From an uncultured Acidobacteriota bacterium (lineage in GTDB: Bacteria > Acidobacteriota > UBA6911): 64,000 nucleotides of DNA. This document shows, piece by piece, positions 61,775 to 64,000 of the stretch. The stretch spans positions 160,001 to 224,000 of the forward strand of contig CAWJKZ010000013.1 in NCBI GenBank assembly GCA_963843575.1. Direction: 5' to 3'. The notes under the pieces were generated by a model that was given only the letters and a program-made list of their open reading frames with translations, was not told the DNA's origin and made no database searches. Within the stretch, counting starts at the first letter, position 1. Each line of letters opens with the position of its first letter. The position numbers and the translations under genes were made by a program.

Positions 61775-62569
61775 TCAGAATTGGGACTTGATGACGCTCT
61801 GCAAACCCGTCAGCAGTTCGTCGACCTTGGTGATTTCTTCCTCGGTGGCCAGCTCCCTGGACTTCATCAGCACGGCCACGGCTGTGTCGAGTTCGCCCAT
61901 CATGGCGTCCACCAGCCCGAGGTTGAAAAAGAGGTTCGAGCAGCCGGGTTCGATCTCGGAGGCGATTTCGTAATGCAGGCGCGCCAGCCGCAGGTCGCCC
62001 GATTCGAAATAGAGATTCGCCAGGTTGAAGTGGGCCTCGAAGTGCCTCGGATCGTACTGCAGCGAACGGGTGAAGCAGTTGAAGGCACCCGGTATTTTGC
62101 CGGTCTCGAATTCCAGGATCCCCAGGTTGCAGTATGCGTCGGCGACGGAGTCATCCTCGGCGATCGCCTTGGCGTAGAACTCGACGGCGCGGCGGTCACC
62201 GCGTTCGTGCAGCAGCAGCGCCTCTTCGAACGCGGTCAGCCGCAGGGGCAGCTGGATCAGAAGCCCCGGAGGTTCCGGGAAGAGGTTGAGCTGGCCGCGC
62301 AGTTCCGACTCGATCTGCTTCAACCCGAGACCGCGCCCTCGGAGTTCGCGCACGCGGCGCAGCTGGGTCAGGGAGCGAAAGTCGTAGCGGGTTTCGCCGT
62401 CGCCGGTCGGTGGAGCGGTGGGAATCAGGCCGCTACGTGTCCAGCGTCGTATGTAGTGTTCGCTGAGACCGAACTGCCGGCTAAGATCTCGAACCGTATA
62501 GGCGGACTGGACACGCTGGAATCCGATCCTGGATCCCGGTTCCGACGGGAACCGAATTACGTTGCCCAT
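61775..62569 (-). CDS. MerR-type HTH + TPR protein
   Basis: YTVRDLSRQFGLSEHYIRRW..GLI, GQLNLF, TPR repeats (AYCNLG, AHFNLA, FFNLG). Confidence 0.8.
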   Translation of the reverse strand: MGNVIRFPSEPGSRIGFQRVQSAYTVRDLSRQFGLSEHYIRRWTRSGLIPTAPPTGDGETRYDFRSLTQLRRVRELRGRGLGLKQIESELRGQLNLFPEPPGLLIQLPLRLTAFEEALLLHERGDRRAVEFYAKAIAEDDSVADAYCNLGILEFETGKIPGAFNCFTRSLQYDPRHFEAHFNLANLYFESGDLRLARLHYEIASEIEPGCSNLFFNLGLVDAMMGELDTAVAVLMKSRELATEEEITKVDELLTGLQSVIKSQF

Positions 62570-62600
62570 AGTGCCCTCGAACTTCGGTCAGAGACAGAAC

Positions 62601-63491
62601 TCATCCGCGTTTGCGCACCTTGGCCGGCTTGGCGGAGGGCTTGCGCACCTCCCCATCACCCGCCAGCACTTCCTGCTTCCCGCCCTTCCCGGTCGCCTTC
62701 ACCATCGGCTGCCGCCTTGACCGGGCGCGGTCGAGGCTCTCCTTGAGCGCCGTCATTATGTCGGCGACGGGACGGGTTTCTTCCGCCGGAGTCACGACCT
62801 CGCGTCCCTGGATCTTGGCTTCGATGATCTCCCGCAGGGCCTCGTTGTAGCGATCACGGATGTCGATGCTCCCCAGCGAGATCGACATCGTCTCCACCAG
62901 GTGAAGCGCCAGCTTCAGCTGTTCCGGCTCGGCCGCCGGCAGCTGGTCGAGCTGGGGGACCTCGTTGATGTCGCGCACTTCCCGCGGGTAGCGCAATCTG
63001 TAGAGGACCAGGCCCTTCTCGTAAGGAGCGATGACGACAGCGTCCTCACGCTCACGCAGCACGACCTTGCCGACTCCCACTCTCCCGCTCTGCCGCATGG
63101 CCTCACACAGCAGCGCATACGCCTTGGACGCCACGGCGCTGTCGGGCCCGGCGAAGTAAGGGGCCTCGTAGAGCGTGGGGTGAATCTCGGCGGCGTCGAC
63201 GAATCCCTCGATCTCAATGATCCTGGTGCTCTCCAGCCGAACCTTGTCAAAATCCGCCGGCTCCAGGACGACATACTGATCGGGTTCGTACTGATAGCCT
63301 TTCACGATGTCCTGCGTGGTTACCGGCTGGTTGCATTTCTTGCAGCGCTTGTCGTAGCCGACCGGGCCGTTGCAGTTCCTGTGCAGCTGGTTGAATCGGA
63401 CCGTCTCCGCCTGATCGATCGCACTATAGACTCGGATCGGGATTGTCACCAGCGAAAACCGGATGTGTCCCTTCCAGATGGACCTCATCAT
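62601..63491 (-). CDS. ku: Non-homologous end joining protein Ku
   Basis: RSIWKGHIRFSLVTIPI, FNQLH, IVKGYQY, IEIEGFV, YPREVR, DIMTALKESL, basic tail. Confidence 0.94.
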   Translation of the reverse strand: MMRSIWKGHIRFSLVTIPIRVYSAIDQAETVRFNQLHRNCNGPVGYDKRCKKCNQPVTTQDIVKGYQYEPDQYVVLEPADFDKVRLESTRIIEIEGFVDAAEIHPTLYEAPYFAGPDSAVASKAYALLCEAMRQSGRVGVGKVVLREREDAVVIAPYEKGLVLYRLRYPREVRDINEVPQLDQLPAAEPEQLKLALHLVETMSISLGSIDIRDRYNEALREIIEAKIQGREVVTPAEETRPVADIMTALKESLDRARSRRQPMVKATGKGGKQEVLAGDGEVRKPSAKPAKVRKRG

Positions 63492-63611
63492 TGTCAACAC
63501 CTCATCGGTTGGATAGAACCAGAAAGCGATGAGGAAGTATAGCCAAGTTCCTTGCCGCCCACCAGTACCGGGCAGGCCGTCGGTCGCGGGGGAGCTTGAA
63601 ACGGCCCGATA

Positions 63612-63744
63612 TTTCAGGACGCAGAACAGACACGGGCAATGCAAGACAAAGGCCAAAACAGAACGCAGATTCCGCGGATGCAACGGATCCACGCGGCCTG
63701 TCGCCAAGTCGATCGGTGGGGATCCGCGTGCATCCGCGTCCTGA
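63612..63744. repeat. ~135 bp dispersed palindromic repeat, copy B (inverted relative to 23362-23504)
   Basis: Reverse complement matches copy A, e.g. ATCCGCGGAATCTGCGTTCTGTTTTGGC and TTCTGCGTCCTGAAA. Confidence 0.8.
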
Positions 63745-63881
63745 GAAAACTACCAGGCTCACCAGAACGACCTCAAGGCCCTGGCCGGATCCTTCCGGCC
63801 CCACTGAGAAAAACCGCTGTTGCCGCGGGGCGGCGGTTGCGACTATCCTCGTAAGCAGCATTCCCATTCAGGAGACCGCAA

Positions 63882-64000
63882 ATGACAAACCGCATTGGAC
63901 GTCGCCGATTTCTCGCATCCGTTACCGCCGGCGCAGCGGCGGCATCGACCTGGTCGGCCCGCAGCTACGCCGCCGTTTACCGCGCCAACGAACGCCTCCG
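63882..64000 (+). CDS. Tat-exported protein, probably Gfo/Idh/MocA oxidoreductase; N-terminus only, truncated by the window
   Basis: SD AGGAG; MTNRIGRRRFLASVTAGAAAASTWSARSYAAVYRANERL. Confidence 0.65.
   Translation, partial: MTNRIGRRRFLASVTAGAAAASTWSARSYAAVYRANERL

Overview
GC-rich bacterial chromosomal window. The gene content resembles Acidobacteriota (inference, not a database result). From left to right it holds: the tail of a surface-polysaccharide locus (GT4, Wzz-like, epimerase, bifunctional Fkp); GGDEF plus FlhG/MinD; an unusual sigma-region-2/RskA fusion; tspO; a receiver/kinase cluster; leuS, egtD and dgoK; a Rieske/cytochrome b/nonaheme cytochrome c operon divergent from an MtrC-MtrA-MtrB-like porin-cytochrome conduit; two paralogous putative sigma54-dependent small RNAs; a CDF transporter; an XylR-N/V4R-PAS-PAS kinase with an NtrC-type activator; a TPR/FG-GAP/ASPIC protein; an RsbU-like phosphatase; a DUF2946-like leader, porin and ATPase-less metal ABC module; Tat-exported sugar/sugar-acid enzymes; two RRM proteins around osmC; msrPQ; MerR-TPR and Ku. 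Intergenic regions carry several palindromic repeat/MITE-like families. Many single-base frameshifts, including in essential leuS, are most likely assembly errors. The best candidate for an undescribed system is the tandem sigma54 sRNA pair lying between the extracellular-electron-transfer cluster and a sigma54 two-component system.
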